DNA of 60,091 nt, the filler included, from Ionaspis alba (Eukaryota), in assembly GCA_964255285.1 (NCBI GenBank). It is 10 parts of 10 records of this genome, joined end to end, with 100 filler letters (N's around TTAATTAATTAA, not from the genome) between each part and the next. Parts side by side here need not be neighbours in the genome. Positions count along the whole stretch, not along the records: positions 12,119 to 18,059 come from CAXUUL010000969.1; positions 18,160 to 24,098 come from CAXUUL010000970.1; positions 24,199 to 30,124 come from CAXUUL010000971.1; 7 more parts are not named here. The stretch is one strand, 5' to 3'. The notes under the pieces are model-generated. The model worked only from the letters and a program-made list of their open reading frames with translations, made no database searches and was not told where the DNA came from. How positions within the stretch are numbered: the stretch's first letter is position 1; each line of letters begins with the position of its first letter. The position numbers and the translations under genes are program-made. Below, in pieces: positions 13,515-26,675 of this stretch.

Positions 13515-14918
13515 CGAATAGAGATCGGAGCGTCCCTGTTAAGAAATTGAGCTTGCGCATCTCTTTGCTATCCTGTTCGCGTTCCTTTGATACCCACTGA
13601 GCTACAATCTAGACTAGCAATGCACGAGCTATCGTTCAAGACCTCTCATCACCAATTGTAATCATTCTTTTGAAATACTTGCTGATCAATCCCAAACCAT
13701 TGACTTTCCTTACCTTTACAAGAAGATGCCATGTCTCTTCAACTTCCTCTCCTTCATCCTAACTCAAGGGACCCATCCGCTCCACATTACGTCTCTCATC
13801 ATCATATTCACTGCCTCCTTCGTCTCAGCCCTTGCCCTAGCACTCCACGTCCCTTCAAACTCAACTCTAACCCCCTCACTTCCCATTCCCACCAAATCCG
13901 CACTCGGGACACTACCGCTAATCGTCGCCAAACCCGCTATTCCAGCCGACGATGTATAGCGCATGTCCTAAGGGGCGGTAGCCACAGTGACAGTCGCCGA
14001 CACGTCATTGATCCTCGGCATCGGGAGGACTGTCACATGGGAAATGTGGCGGATTGCGGAAGAAAGGGAGAGTGAACGGGAATGGAGAAAATGGTTGTGC
14101 GCATTTTGGAGCGCGCAGGGATGCGCTTGTTAGAGTAATGCCAGGGGACGCAGCACCAGTGGTGAAGGATGACGATGGGTTAGTGCCCGTAGGCATAATC
14201 ATTGTATTGCTGATAGATTGACTGATTTAATGACTATCGTAAGCATGAGGATGAAAAGGAACAGGCTGCGACCGGGAACAACTCGACGACAAGTAGCAGT
14301 ATCTCAATTGCAGCAACTAGGAGCACATCCTCCACTGCGTTGAGTTCTTCCTCTTCCTTTACGCCTCATACCTCTCACAGTCAAACTCGACTTCTTCTCT
14401 CACATATTCCTATCTTGCGTTAAGCCCATCTCCTCCGGCATATGCAGATCAACCATATTACTAGATCCTTAGCTCAGCAATCTACGCCATGACAAATATA
14501 CTAGAGGGGATAGTCTGTAGTTTGAGAGTGATGCAAGGCTAATTACCCTATTCACAAATTTTGTAAAATTTAGACAGATACGACAGGGAATTTTTATTTG
14601 ATGCTTGTGGGATACCATTCAGTTCCCTGAGACGAATATAGACGTGTGAAACACTCATTAAAAGATGCTGCAGAAAGAAGTTGCTCAAGGAGAAAGTTGT
14701 TGAGTAAGGACGATTATTGTTGTTGGAATAGGTATTGCCGCCAACAACTTATTTTGTTCGGCGGCAGTTTCTGGCAGGGGATGCTCGGCGCCTTCCGCAC
14801 ACCCTCGTCAAAGTAAACAAAGACTCCATCGACTTCCACAAGAGATACCACTGCATGAATAACAACTCAAAGTGGATCTATCTACTGTGCTGGAGACGTG
14901 ACGAGAGTTTGGGACATT

Positions 14919-16412
14919 ATGTTAGCAGCAAGAGATCAAGAGAATCTGGTACATGGCCACCAAGCTGCGGCCGCCGCAAAGCCTCTCAATCAGGGTCTTG
15001 GACAGCTTCTGCCCAAGACTCCTGGAAACAAAGTTCCTAAGACACCGTTCAAAGTGCCTCTCAATGATGAAAATATTCTTGGTGGACTTGGTGGCGGTAA
15101 GACTGGTTTGAAGACGGTAGGGAAGGGGAACGAGCACATCTTAAGGGGAGGCGGAAGAGTACAGGCCGACAAGAATGCATTCATCACTCCAATGGGTACG
15201 GCTTCAATCGTGCTACGTCGATTTCGATCTCTAGATATTGTGCTGACCTTTATCACCATCAACAGGACCTAGGCCTCGAGCGCCGCTGGGACTCAAGACC
15301 ACCAACGCCAAAACCAAAGTCTACCAGACTCCCGTTCAAGCTCCGCCAGAAAATGGTTCAAAGAAAGCCAACCAGAACAGTGTATCCGCGCGCAAGCCAA
15401 AACCAAAAGTTTTGCATGCCGAGATGACAAAAGTGGGATCGCCCGGAAAAGAGATCGATCTGGAGGAGAGAGAGATTGAATATATGCCCCCGCGAGTCAA
15501 AGGTACGCTTTGTTCCTTTAGTCTCATAACACTCTTTTCTAATGCATCACAGATATTCCTGATCTTCCAGAAGATATTCCCACCTTCGATTTCTCCATGT
15601 TCCAAAATGGAAACGCAACCCGTGGTTTTATGCACTATTACATGAACAAACCTGACGAGGATGGCCTCAGTCCCATCGACCGCTGGCATCTTGAGCAAAA
15701 GGATATCAGTGAGAGGATCGATATTGAATCCAATGCGGCGATGCAACGCGATCTCGATAATGCAGATTCCATCTGCCTTCATTTCCCCGAATGTCCCGGA
15801 GAGGAGTGCAAAGACATGCCCGAGCGTCGCCGCAAAGCAGAGGAGAAATACCAGAAGACAATCGCACGCTTAGACTCAAAACAAGCTGATCCCAAAATAG
15901 TGCCGGCACAAAAGAAACCTGCCATGCCAAAGGGTCCGTCATCACTGGTCACGTCCAAAAAAGCGCCCACTGCAACTACGCAGCCTCAGTCAGCTAAAGC
16001 CTTGAAACCGATCACCGCTCCTGGTCCAAATACCAGACTTCCTCCTACTCTTGTTTCTTCCCGCAAACAGGCTCCCGTGCCCACCAACCCCTCTCCGATG
16101 CGCCATACCGCTGCACTTTCGTCGTCCAAAACCACTCTCGGGTATTCCAAAGGTCGGGCCGCATCCGCCAACATTCGCAAAACCGTTCTTCCCAAAAAGG
16201 ATCAAGCTCCTGGAGTCCCAGACGCAAGCCTGGCGCCCGCGATGTACATAAAGCGCCATGGTAATCCTTCGTTCGGCAGTGACATGTGGCTTCGTTGTCG
16301 TGCTTTAGGCTATTTTGATGAAGATGAAGACAAGAACACCGAGGAACCCAGAGACGTGGGAAGGGACTGGGTACAGGAAGAGGCCGAGAAGGATTTCGAG
16401 CTCACGTTCTAG
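14919..16412 (+). CDS. Securin (Cut2/Pds1-like separase inhibitor)
   Basis: After intron ~15196-15265 there is a D-box (RAPLGLKTTN), followed by the EIEYMP motif matching the Cut2 DIEYMP separase-binding motif. Several TP sites; low-complexity basic protein. Confidence 0.7.
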
Positions 16413-18159
16413 GTTTGTTTATGCATGCGGTGTGGGTTTCCATGGGTTTAGCGCACAGACGGACAGTAGGATTAGGGTTATTTCGGAAGACAGGGCTGCA
16501 GAACACACACTGCACTCATTGACAGACTACCGCTATTCAGCTCATTCGGCTTCAGATTGCTGGTTTGAAGGGTATGATCGTATCGTTATTAGAACGAAAG
16601 TATTAGACAAAGTCGACTTGGCTATCTCAATTTCTCAAAGCCTCCTCGTCATCTTCCTTCCTGTCATATCTCTCCTCAAGCTCTAATGAACGGATGGGAA
16701 TAGCAGTAACAGGTGATTGTCTCATGCCGAACACCTCGTCTATTGAATTGTGGTTGTGTTGCTAGGAGTAGACCCTCAAGCAGTCGACTCGGCTCATTAC
16801 CATCCATCGCCTTTTAGTGTTGAGTCGAAACAATACTGTGTAAGACAGGGGCAGCCTGTGCCAGGACTAGGTTTCTTCTGCCAAAGGCAATGTTGACGGC
16901 ATGACGGATGGCAATGATCGCAACAGGCATGGAGGGTATAAGAGTGAACTTTTCTTAGCCGAGTCTAAATTCTTGGTCTCACGTAGTCCGCATGGTTTCT
17001 CATCCCTATGCGTCTTCAGTATTACAAAATGTGACGCTTATTGGCCAAGTAGACTTACATATCACACACAAGCGTGTCTGCTTCACTCATAGCGCTTGTC
17101 AGCCCAAGCATTCTTCTTGGACACACTCGTCTCGCTCTCCGCCTTTACCTTCTCCATGCTGTTCTCCGCGATCAACCATCTCCAACGCCTAGATCGTGAT
17201 CGTGATTTTGTCCACGGAGAGCCTTTGAGTTCCACGAGAAAGCGCCTCGGGGAACCGAAGTAGAAGTCATGATGAAAACAAATAGAGTTATGAAATGCAA
17301 GCCAGCATTGTTCGAACCTGCTAGATACTCAGCAGATGCTGTAGAAGACGCCATCGATACAGCGTCCGAGGAGTGAGCTGAGGATGGGTGTGGGATAACG
17401 AATCTAGTACATATACATGATGAGAATGGCGCATGGAGCATGCTCGGTGACCATTGTCGATTAAAATAAGATAGATGGGAAAACTTGTCCCGCCAGCTCT
17501 GAGATATCGGGCGCCGAACATAAATTGCAAGAAGCTCGAGAACTTAACCAGCAGCAGCAAGTCCTCCACATGAAAGAGCAGATATACGGTCGGTCAATCA
17601 GTCCCGCAACTTAGGATCAGAGTTTTGCCTGATTCCACGGGGTTAAAGAGTCGTTGGCAAGCACTATTTGACTCAAGTCCTTAACTATATGCGATTAGAT
17701 TGACGGATACGAGATAGATGATGATAGGAAGGCATACTCTTCAATAAGATGGTCACTCAATTGGCATAGAAGCGTGGTCACTGCAGACACCGCGGTTTAT
17801 CAAGCAAGCAGGATCTGCTACAGGGGTGCATGTCATGCAAAACCAAGGTCTTCAATGCTAGAATAATGAACATGCCGGTCTCATACGCCAGCTAAGCTCT
17901 CCAAGCGCAGGCCAAGCAACTATCGAGCAGAGTACCAAGCGCCATGCGGGATGGAAAATCAGAGTATGTGTAGGAACAGCCGTTGACCGGGGAGATCTAT
18001 CATGACCGACTAAGTAGCACACACCATACCTATCTATTACCCAAACTTGTAGAGAGTCTNNNNNNNNNNNNNNNNNNNNNNNNNNNNNNNNNNNNNNNNN
18101 NNNTTAATTAATTAANNNNNNNNNNNNNNNNNNNNNNNNNNNNNNNNNNNNNNNNNNNN

Positions 18160-18481
18160 AAGACGTCGGAGACTGATTATCTGAAGCCTAGCCACTGGTA
18201 AATCATCAGGAAGTGGTACAATCTGCTTTGCTGGCATATCGCCATCCAGATCTTCTGGGTGCAATGAAACAAGGCGAGAAGAGTCGGAGTCTTCCTTATC
18301 TACGCCCATCGGATTTGGGGAATATGCTTGAAGGGTTGCGGTGGCCATCACAAGATCTGATATAGCCTGGTTCTTCTAAGATTTGTATCCGAGCACAGCT
18401 GCAACCAGACTTGTAGGGTTCATGATAGAACAAAGAAACCGGATGATTACGATGTCATGGAGGTAAGGAGAGTAACGACAT
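18160..18481 (-). pseudogene. Possible degenerate F-box-like gene start
   Basis: MSLLSLP followed by a 1-nt shift to DIVIIRFLCSIMNPTSLVAAVLGYKS* resembles an F-box helix pattern. Stops and a frameshift are present, and it is cut by a linker. Confidence 0.25.
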
Positions 18482-18862
18482 TCTCGCTCTTATCACTCTT
18501 GCTGGAAAATGAGCTCTTGATTATGAACCGCAGACTGTCGCCACCACGTCAAGAGATTTAAAATAAATGGTTTGCAACACGGTTGTGAAAGGTTGCATAC
18601 AGCATTCCCATGTAAAACCACACACCCAAAGACCTTACAAAGAAGGATCGTTTCACGCATGACCATGGTGCCTACAAATGCGAGCAAATGGACGATTGAG
18701 ACACACAAACCCATAGAAGCACAGGGCTCTTGGGACACTAGGCGGACTAGGCACCAAACTACTGGCCCACATTGCACCTCGCCGTAACCTCACTAATCGC
18801 CCAACCTCCCACTCCACCACCTATCCAGCGCTTGTATAATTCTTTTCTCATTTCCAGTCCCA

Positions 18863-20635
18863 ATGCCTCCAAACCGAAAAATCGACATCTCTATGCAGTC
18901 CCAGACTGCGCGCGCAAAAGGCACTCTCGCCCAACCCCTCCCCCAAATGAATTTTCCCTACGCTGACCGTTACTAGCAGATACTAAGAAGTCTACTCGCG
19001 GCATACTAAAGACCAGAAGACCCTCTTCTCGACGGAGTATACGATTAAGAACAAGCCAAACTCCCCACTCGCCATCTTTCGTCGCTCCCCCTCAAAAGCC
19101 CTCCAACGAACAGCAAGACTTGGCTAGCACCGGACGACAGAAGCGAGCGTGTAGCTCTGAGGACGAAGCACCACATTACGCTGAGAACGCGTGCTCTCGA
19201 AAGCGACCACGAACAAGTCTAGGGTCCAAATCCGACTGCAGCTTACCTCTCACCGAACATAACTTGGAACAACATAATACACTCTTCATGGCCGTCTCTG
19301 GAGGGAGGGGATCTAAAAGGTCGATGTCTAGCACACGGAGTGAATCGGCGAGCTCTGTCACCTCTCAGAAGTCAAGAAGCACCGCTGCTCATTATCGCTT
19401 CGGTCCTCTTAGCAAAGCGAGATTATGTATTCATCATAGACCTACCCCAGAGATTCGTACCCAGATTGACGCCGTAATTCAACATAAGGTTACCTCGGAG
19501 AAGAAGAAAAAGCTATCTCTCATTGCGCAACAACTAAGCAACAGCTTTGTTGAAATCGTCAGCCATGCAGTTGGGGAAGATGACTGCATTGAACCCTTCC
19601 ACGATGTCCTTTCCTCCATCGACCGCAGCGAGAGTTTCACCCTTCCGAGAAAAGCAGGTATGGTGTCTCCACTCTGTTCCTGTTCGTCTTCATGCTCACT
19701 CTATCTTTAGATTGGGAATTGGACCTGATGCCCCGTATCCAACGTTCCAATTTGAATCTCGGTTTCATGATGAATGGGCCCGGGAATAATGAGGCTGAAG
19801 ACCCAACCGGCCGTCCAGGCAAACGTCAACAAGGTGACATGTCTTATCTTTCTCCGGATGCCTCGGGATCCGACACCGGTGGCATCAACTTGAAAAACAC
19901 GGTACGTTATCTATATTCATAAGAAAAATTTGACAACGGCTGATTGTCAATTAGGCTTCCAATCTTGAACTTATGCCGCCGCCGCGGCCGCCGCCATCTC
20001 CGCGTCTCCAACAAGGCATACCCTCTGTCAAGACGCCTCGCCCGGACATCTCCGTTGGTCTTCGCACCGCCATCATAGTCGATACACTTCAGTCGCAAGG
20101 TCTCACCAAGATTGAAGCCAAAGATTTCCTGGAAGAACTGCAGGAAACACAAGATCCAAACCGCAGTGAACCAATACTTTGCTCTGAGCCTACCCAGCGA
20201 AGACTGGGCATCCGATTTCCCTTCTTGATCGTTGAGGGCAAAGCATATGCAACTGGCAATCCTATCTTCGATGCCCAAAATCAAGCTGCCGTCTCTGGAG
20301 CATGCGCCCTCAAAATTCTGCATGATCTCGACGATCTTGCCGGCAGAGCTCACCAAGGAAACCACTCTCAGGGCCAGCCCATGGTTTTTAGTATCTGCAC
20401 TGAAGGACCCATTCATGAACTCTGGGCGCATTATACTACGGCAGAGGACGGTGTCCGCATGTATAACATGACCATTTTGAAGACTTGCAATGCGGTACTT
20501 CACGATGAGCTATTGAGGTTTCTTATAGCCGTGGACAATGTGATGACTTGGGCTATTGGTGGGTTTTTGGACAACATAAGAAAGCAATTGGGGGAAGTGG
20601 TGAAGGCAACGAAGGCGGCGAAGCTCTCTGGGTGA
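18863..20635 (+). CDS. Fungal PD-(D/E)XK nuclease-like protein (DUF7924-like)
   Basis: KTPRPDISVGL...FPFLIVEGK...AQNQAAVSGACAL...VFSICTEGPIHELWAHY. Introns ~19658-19710 and ~19902-19954 restore one reading frame. The exact start and first intron are uncertain. Confidence 0.7.
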
Positions 20636-21049
20636 ACCAACGCAGGAGCGGTTCAGAAAATGTGTACTCATGCCGCAGTGGTAATGAGATGCTCCGATTC
20701 GCTAACGAATTGAGCCCCGTGTCTAGAAATAGAGATCCGGTGCCAGAGTATCGAGTTTTCTTGCGACCTGTTCTCCTTGTTCAAGGAGTCCTATTCTAGG
20801 AAGGCACCGAGAGTATTGGATGGTCCAGCCACATGACAACCTAGTTGGGCCTCACTCTTTGGTATACTGGAGGCATATTCCAGCCTTTCCTCCTCTTTCG
20901 TCGTCCTTAACAAAACTCTATTCCCGCCATCCACTTCCGCCCCTCAACGGGACTCCACCCTGTTCATCCCACTCCACCAACCTTCGGACCTTTAAAACCT
21001 CCTTCCAACCCTCCCCTCTTGGATATTCATTTACGTTGTGGCTACAAAA

Positions 21050-21700
21050 TAGCAAGACAAGTGGGAGGCTTGCAGATTAGAGGATAAGACCTATAAATTC
21101 ACCAGCACCACCTTCATCAAATGCGAGATACCTCTACACAAACGAAGACACTATCAAAGGAAACCGTTCATAATTCCATTCTTACCGGAACGCTTTCAAA
21201 ACGAAGCCGCTGCCTTGCAACTTATCTGCGAACGCACAAGCATTCTAGTACCCGGTCACACAGGCCGTTGTAGGGACGAAAATGGGCTCTTATATCTGGA
21301 GACAGCTCTTGTCCCAGGAGTCCGGGTCGACATGGCTGGCGATAAATGCCGGATGCCTATGCTCCATACCGCTCATGGGTCTAATACTGAGGGAGCGTAC
21401 GACCACTGCAAGGAATTAATTCGACAGAATTGCGACCGGTTCGTCAAGGAGACACTATTCCCCCAGCTCAAGGGTCTCAATTGTGATTCCATCGATGTGC
21501 ACGCTTGACGTCGACGAGAGATCAAGCTGGAAATCCAAGCATTCTGTAAACGCCACGTATTGCATGACTCACGGTGATGTACTTCTCTACAATCTCATGT
21601 TGAGCTTGAAAGCATTGAAAGTTGTTGCCGTCATAGACTGGGAGCAGAGCAGCCTCTTCCCTCTGGAGTTTCAGCAGTTGTGTCACGCGAGAGCAGCACG
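21050..21700 (+). pseudogene. APH/choline-kinase-like phosphotransferase pseudogene
   Basis: ERFQNEAAALQLICERTSILVP in one frame, then THGD...NLM...VIDWE..LFP in another frame. Upstream in-frame TAG (~21050), frameshift near 21490, and no usable ATG. Confidence 0.7.
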
Positions 21701-22630
21701 TCTTGCTGCGCAAAAATTGAGTCATTGTAGTAACGTGTTTGTGTTCGCCACAATTGAGGTAAGGGGTCATGTTGCGGAAACCACCAGTTGTGCTTCAAGC
21801 TCCTTTTTCGAGTATCAACCGCTGCAGACCGCACAATTTGACGTAGGAGGTCCCATCGCCTGCATTTTGACCAATGGTGTCTGTAGATCTGACAGAGCAG
21901 AACGTTCGATTCAATGTACGGTGAGACTTGAACAGTGGTAAAGAACGGTAAAAAGCAGAGAATGGGTCAGCCACAGGTGTACAGAATATCGGCTGATCGA
22001 AGAGCGAGACTGGAGAAGCAATATCATTTCATGGGATTGAATATACGGAGTGTCAAAACGATGTGATGTTCAGGATATGAACAACATGATTGTTTTGCAT
22101 AGAGCAATACCATATTGTACAAGACAATATTGATTCAAAATGGAAAATCCCGTTCAAAAGATTCATTCTTGCTTTTTCCGAGAGTGGTTTGCGGCACGAT
22201 GAATAGGAGGCACGCGAGGCTGCTGCATGCCCTGGTCACTACTTTGGTGGCGGAAAATAAGGAGACGGATAAACCTAGATCCCGGCATTAGCATGAACAA
22301 TCCCTCCTAATCCCACCCCTGTGAGCCAATTATAGGACTCACGTACCTGAGCCCTGTTAACAAAATTATGTGGAGAACGGACGAGGCCTAATCAATACGA
22401 GAGCTTTAGATTTCAACAGAACTTTCCTCCTTGCCTCATCTTTCTCATTATAGATACGTCGTACCGGCTGTCACACTCTTTTTGCAAGTTTGAAGGCAAC
22501 ACAACGCTCGTTACTGCCTTCTGTTAAATCGGATTGTCAACCCTTCACCGCTCGAGTCTCGAACCACCTTCGCAGTCCACCTGACACCACTCCTTTTCAT
22601 ACAGAGCAAGAAGACAGAAGACTCGACACA

Positions 22631-23959
22631 ATGAAGGGTGAGCTGTCCATACTATACTTTTATGAGCTATACTAACCAAGAACTCTGCAGCTCTCATTCT
22701 CGTCGGCGGCTTCGGCACCCGGCTTCGACCTCTGGTACGAGAACCTGAAGAGTGACAACAGTAGCGCAAGAGCTGAGACAAGTTTCTAACTACCAACAGA
22801 CCCTCACTCTTCCCAAGCCATTGGTCGAATTTGCCAATCGTCCCATGATCCTGCACCAAGTCGAAGCCCTCGCCGCCGCCGGCGTCACAGACATCGTGCT
22901 CGCAGTCAATTACCGCCCAGACATCATGGTCGCCGCCCTCAAGAAGGTCAGTCCCGCACCCATGCCATTATCCAGCTCTCAAGAACCCTAGATTAATCCC
23001 TCCACAGTATGAAGAGCAATACAACGTGAAAATCGAGTTCTCCGTCGAAACCGAACCCCTCGGCACCGCCGGTCCCCTCAAACTCGCCGAAAAAACCCTC
23101 GGCAAAGACTCCACCCCCTTCTTCGTCCTCAACTCCGACGTCATCTGCGACTACCCTTTCGACCAGCTGGCGGAATTCCACAAACAGCACGGCGAAGAGG
23201 GCACCATCGTGGTCACCAAGGTCGAAGAACCGAGTAAATACGGCGTCGTGGTGCACAAACCCAACCACGCCTCGCGCATCGATCGCTTCGTCGAGAAACC
23301 GGTGGAGTTTGTGGGGAACAGGATCAATGCGGGCATTTACATCTTGAATCCCAGTGTGCTGAAGAGGATTGAGTTGCGTCCGACGAGTATTGAGCAGGAG
23401 ACTTTTCCGGCGATTTGCAAGGATGGGCAGTTGCATTCGTTCGATCTGGAGGGGTTCTGGATGGATGTTGGTCAGCCGAAGGATTTCCTCAGCGGCACTT
23501 GTCTTTACCTTTCTTCGTTGCAGAAGAAAGGCTCGAAGAAACTCATGCCGTTGAATACGCCTTATGTTTACGGTGGCAATGTGCTTGTCGACCCCTCGGC
23601 ACGCATCGGCAAGAATTGCCGTATCGGTCCCAATGTCACGATTGGGCCGAATGTCGTTGTTGGCGACGGCGTGAGGTTGCAAAGATGTGTGCTCCTGGAT
23701 GGATGTAAGGTCAAGGATCATGCGTGGGTCAAGTCGACGATTGTGGGCTGGCATAGCTCCATTGGCAAGTGGGCGCGCTTGGAGAATGTCAGTGTGTTGG
23801 GGGATGATGTGACGATTGGGGATGAGATTTATGTGAATGGAGGCTCGATTTTGCCGCATAAGTCGATAAAGCAGAATGTTGATGGTGAGTCTGAGCAACC
23901 TTGGACATTAGTCGATGCCGACTGCTAATATTGATACAGTACCTGCCATCATCATGTAA
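22631..23959 (+). CDS. MPG1: Mannose-1-phosphate guanylyltransferase (GDP-mannose pyrophosphorylase)
   Basis: [30 protein letters not shown] assembled over canonical introns; EPLGTAGPL; hexapeptide repeats; ends VPAIIM*. Confidence 0.97.
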
Positions 23960-24521
23960 TCCGAGCTTCGTGTCCTTGGTTTTAGCGAATTGAGCGGAAA
24001 GCATTAGAGATTTGGGTGGGAAAAGTGGGCTGATTGGGAATTAGCATGAGCCACGGGGGCGGCGTCTTTGCTCTCTCTACTCAACTACATCTCGGCTCNN
24101 NNNNNNNNNNNNNNNNNNNNNNNNNNNNNNNNNNNNNNNNNNTTAATTAATTAANNNNNNNNNNNNNNNNNNNNNNNNNNNNNNNNNNNNNNNNNNNNTC
24201 CATCCAAAAAGCTTCTTAAGTCCGGCCGAATGACGTCGATTCTACCAATCTGCAGATTGATTATTATTGATGGCGGATTATTCAGGAATTAGTTAGATTT
24301 AGCTGCGGAAAATTTCCTTCTCTCCAATATTATATATATTGACGCGAGCATAGATAGAATCCGTTGCGTTCCCACATTTGTTTGTGTGTTTCGCTCGTTC
24401 GTGGATAACTGTTGCTCATACTACTTGCTTGAGTAGACGCAATTGAAATATTATTGTCGTAAAAGATTGGTTATTTGCATTAGAGATTTGTCTATATTCA
24501 CAACGTTTACAGAAAAAATTC

Positions 24522-26675
24522 ATGTCTGCAGACGAGTCTGGCTCGACTCTCGCAGACTCTGGAGACCGAATACAACATATGGCAGACGCCAGTGCAGAGG
24601 TAGCAATGACGCCGACCACTAGTAACAATTCCCAACCAAACGGGTCAGTCCCAAGGGATACAGATACCTCTTCAAGACGCTTGCAATACGTACGATCCTA
24701 CAGCGATGGCCACGGCTTCACCCGCACGAGCGAAGACGACGAACGGAAAGCTACAGATGTCGAGACGGGTCCGGACCCTGAGAAGGAATTCGAGGTGAAG
24801 TGGGATGGCGAAGACGATCCTATGAATCCGCGGAGCATGAACAGAGTCCGCAAATGGATCATTGTGGTGATTGTGTCGACGAGCTCCCTTTGCGTGACTT
24901 GTACTTCGTCGTTGTATACATCGACTTATGGACAAATTACCGAGGAGTTTCATTGCTCGCAGATTGTGGCGACGTTGGGGTTGAGTTTGTTTGTTATGGG
25001 GTTAGGGATTGGGCCTATGCTTTTAGGACCGCTGTCGGAGGTAAATACCCATGATGATTGAAGATTGGGTACGCTTTGCTGACACGTGTAGTTCTATGGT
25101 CGACGGCCGATATACATTGTCTCACTTGGCCTCTTTGTGATATGGATTGTTCCATGCGCGGTTGCAAGGAACATCGAGACCATGTTAGTGAGCCGGTTCA
25201 TCAATGGACTCGTCGGGAGTGCTTTCCTCAGCGTTGCCGGTGGTACTGTTGGGGACCTTTTCTCAAGGAATCAACTGCAGGCGCCAATGATGATTTACAC
25301 AGCAAGTCCTTGTAAGTTGCGTCGACTGAAACGCCACGTATAAAGCTGATAAGTTTTCAGTCCTGGGACCAGAAATCGGGCCGGTGATAGGAGGGTTCAT
25401 CAATCAATATGCCTCGTGGTAAGTCAAGCCACTTCGCAAAAATGTAACCCACCATTTCTGATCAGAACTAATGAGGCAAGGCGATGGTCATTCTGGGTTC
25501 TCTTGATCTGGTCTGGTGCGATGCTAGCACTTGTTTGCGTCCTGGTACCGGAGACCTATCATCCGGTATTGCTTCGCAACAAGGCACGGAAAATGCGAAA
25601 AGATACTGGTAATGAGAGTTGGAATGCGCCGATCGAGAAAATGGATCGATCTATTGCCAAAACCATCTTAAGATCGACATACCGGCCATTTCTTCTTCTG
25701 ACGCTAGAGCCCATGTGCCTGAATCTCTGCATTTTCTCAGCGATCCTGCTTGGCGTATTATATCTGTTCTTTGGAGCTTTCAACGTTGTTTTCAAGAACA
25801 ATCACAATTTCGAGTTATGGCAAATCGGCCTTTCCTTTCTGGGTATACTGGTCGGCATGGTGCTGGGTATCGCGACCGATCCATGGTTTGTCTGACCCTT
25901 GCTTCTGTCATGTAGTCTGACGATTCTGCTAAACTTCTTTACAGGTGGCACAAGAACTACCTCCGACTATTGAAGCAATACGAAAGCAACGGTGGGAAAA
26001 GCGGAGGTGCCGAACCAGAATACCGACTTCCACCTGCAATAGCTGGCGCTGTGCTTGTGCCGATAGGCTTGTTTTTCTTTGGTTGGACAACGTACGTCAA
26101 AAATGCATGAACGCATTCCAAATCAGGGGAACCATTAAGGTTAAGCTTACCTCAAACGACAGATATCCGTCCATCCATTGGATAGTGCCAATTATTGGGA
26201 GCGTGTTCTTTGGAGCCGGGTAGGCCGTGTGAACTTGGCAGTCGTCAGAGGTGTTGCTGATAGGGTGACATCCAGAGTTCTTCTAGTCTTCTCCGGGATC
26301 TTCACATTCCTTGTGGATGCCTATCCTCTGTATGCGGCAAGTGCACTGGCAGCCAACAGCTTTGCTCGAAGCACATTCGCTGCAGCTTTTCCCCTGTTTG
26401 GGGTGCAGAGTAAGCTTTCGAAGATCTCCCACTGGCCGCATACGCCATATGCGAGAACCCCAACTGACGGCCAATTGCAGTGTACAACAAGTTAGGCTAC
26501 CAGTGGGCCACAACGTTGCTGGCATTTTTGACAGTGGCAATGGCGCCTTTCCCGTTAGTCTTGACCTTGACCTTGACCTTGTTCTTCGCAGTAGTTGACT
26601 AATGTTTGATTCAGGTACATTTTCTTTAGGTATGGTAAACGAATACGAGCAAAGAGTCGATTTGCCTCTGGATAG
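24522..26675 (+). CDS. MFS drug:H+ antiporter (DHA1 family)
   Basis: WDGEDDPMNPRSM, GPLSE|FYGRRP, GGTVGDLF, PETY, PEYRLPP, YAASALAANSFARS; C-terminus RIRAKSRFASG*. Multiple introns. Confidence 0.93.
26569..26581 (+). repeat. Short (TTGACC)n tandem repeat in an MFS intron, running from about 26560 to 26581
   Basis: cttgaccttgaccttgaccttg is seen directly. Confidence 0.6.

Noticed and set aside
22993..23898. 301-aa antisense ORF
   Set aside because: Shadow of the codon-biased MPG1 exon; no recognisable protein features.
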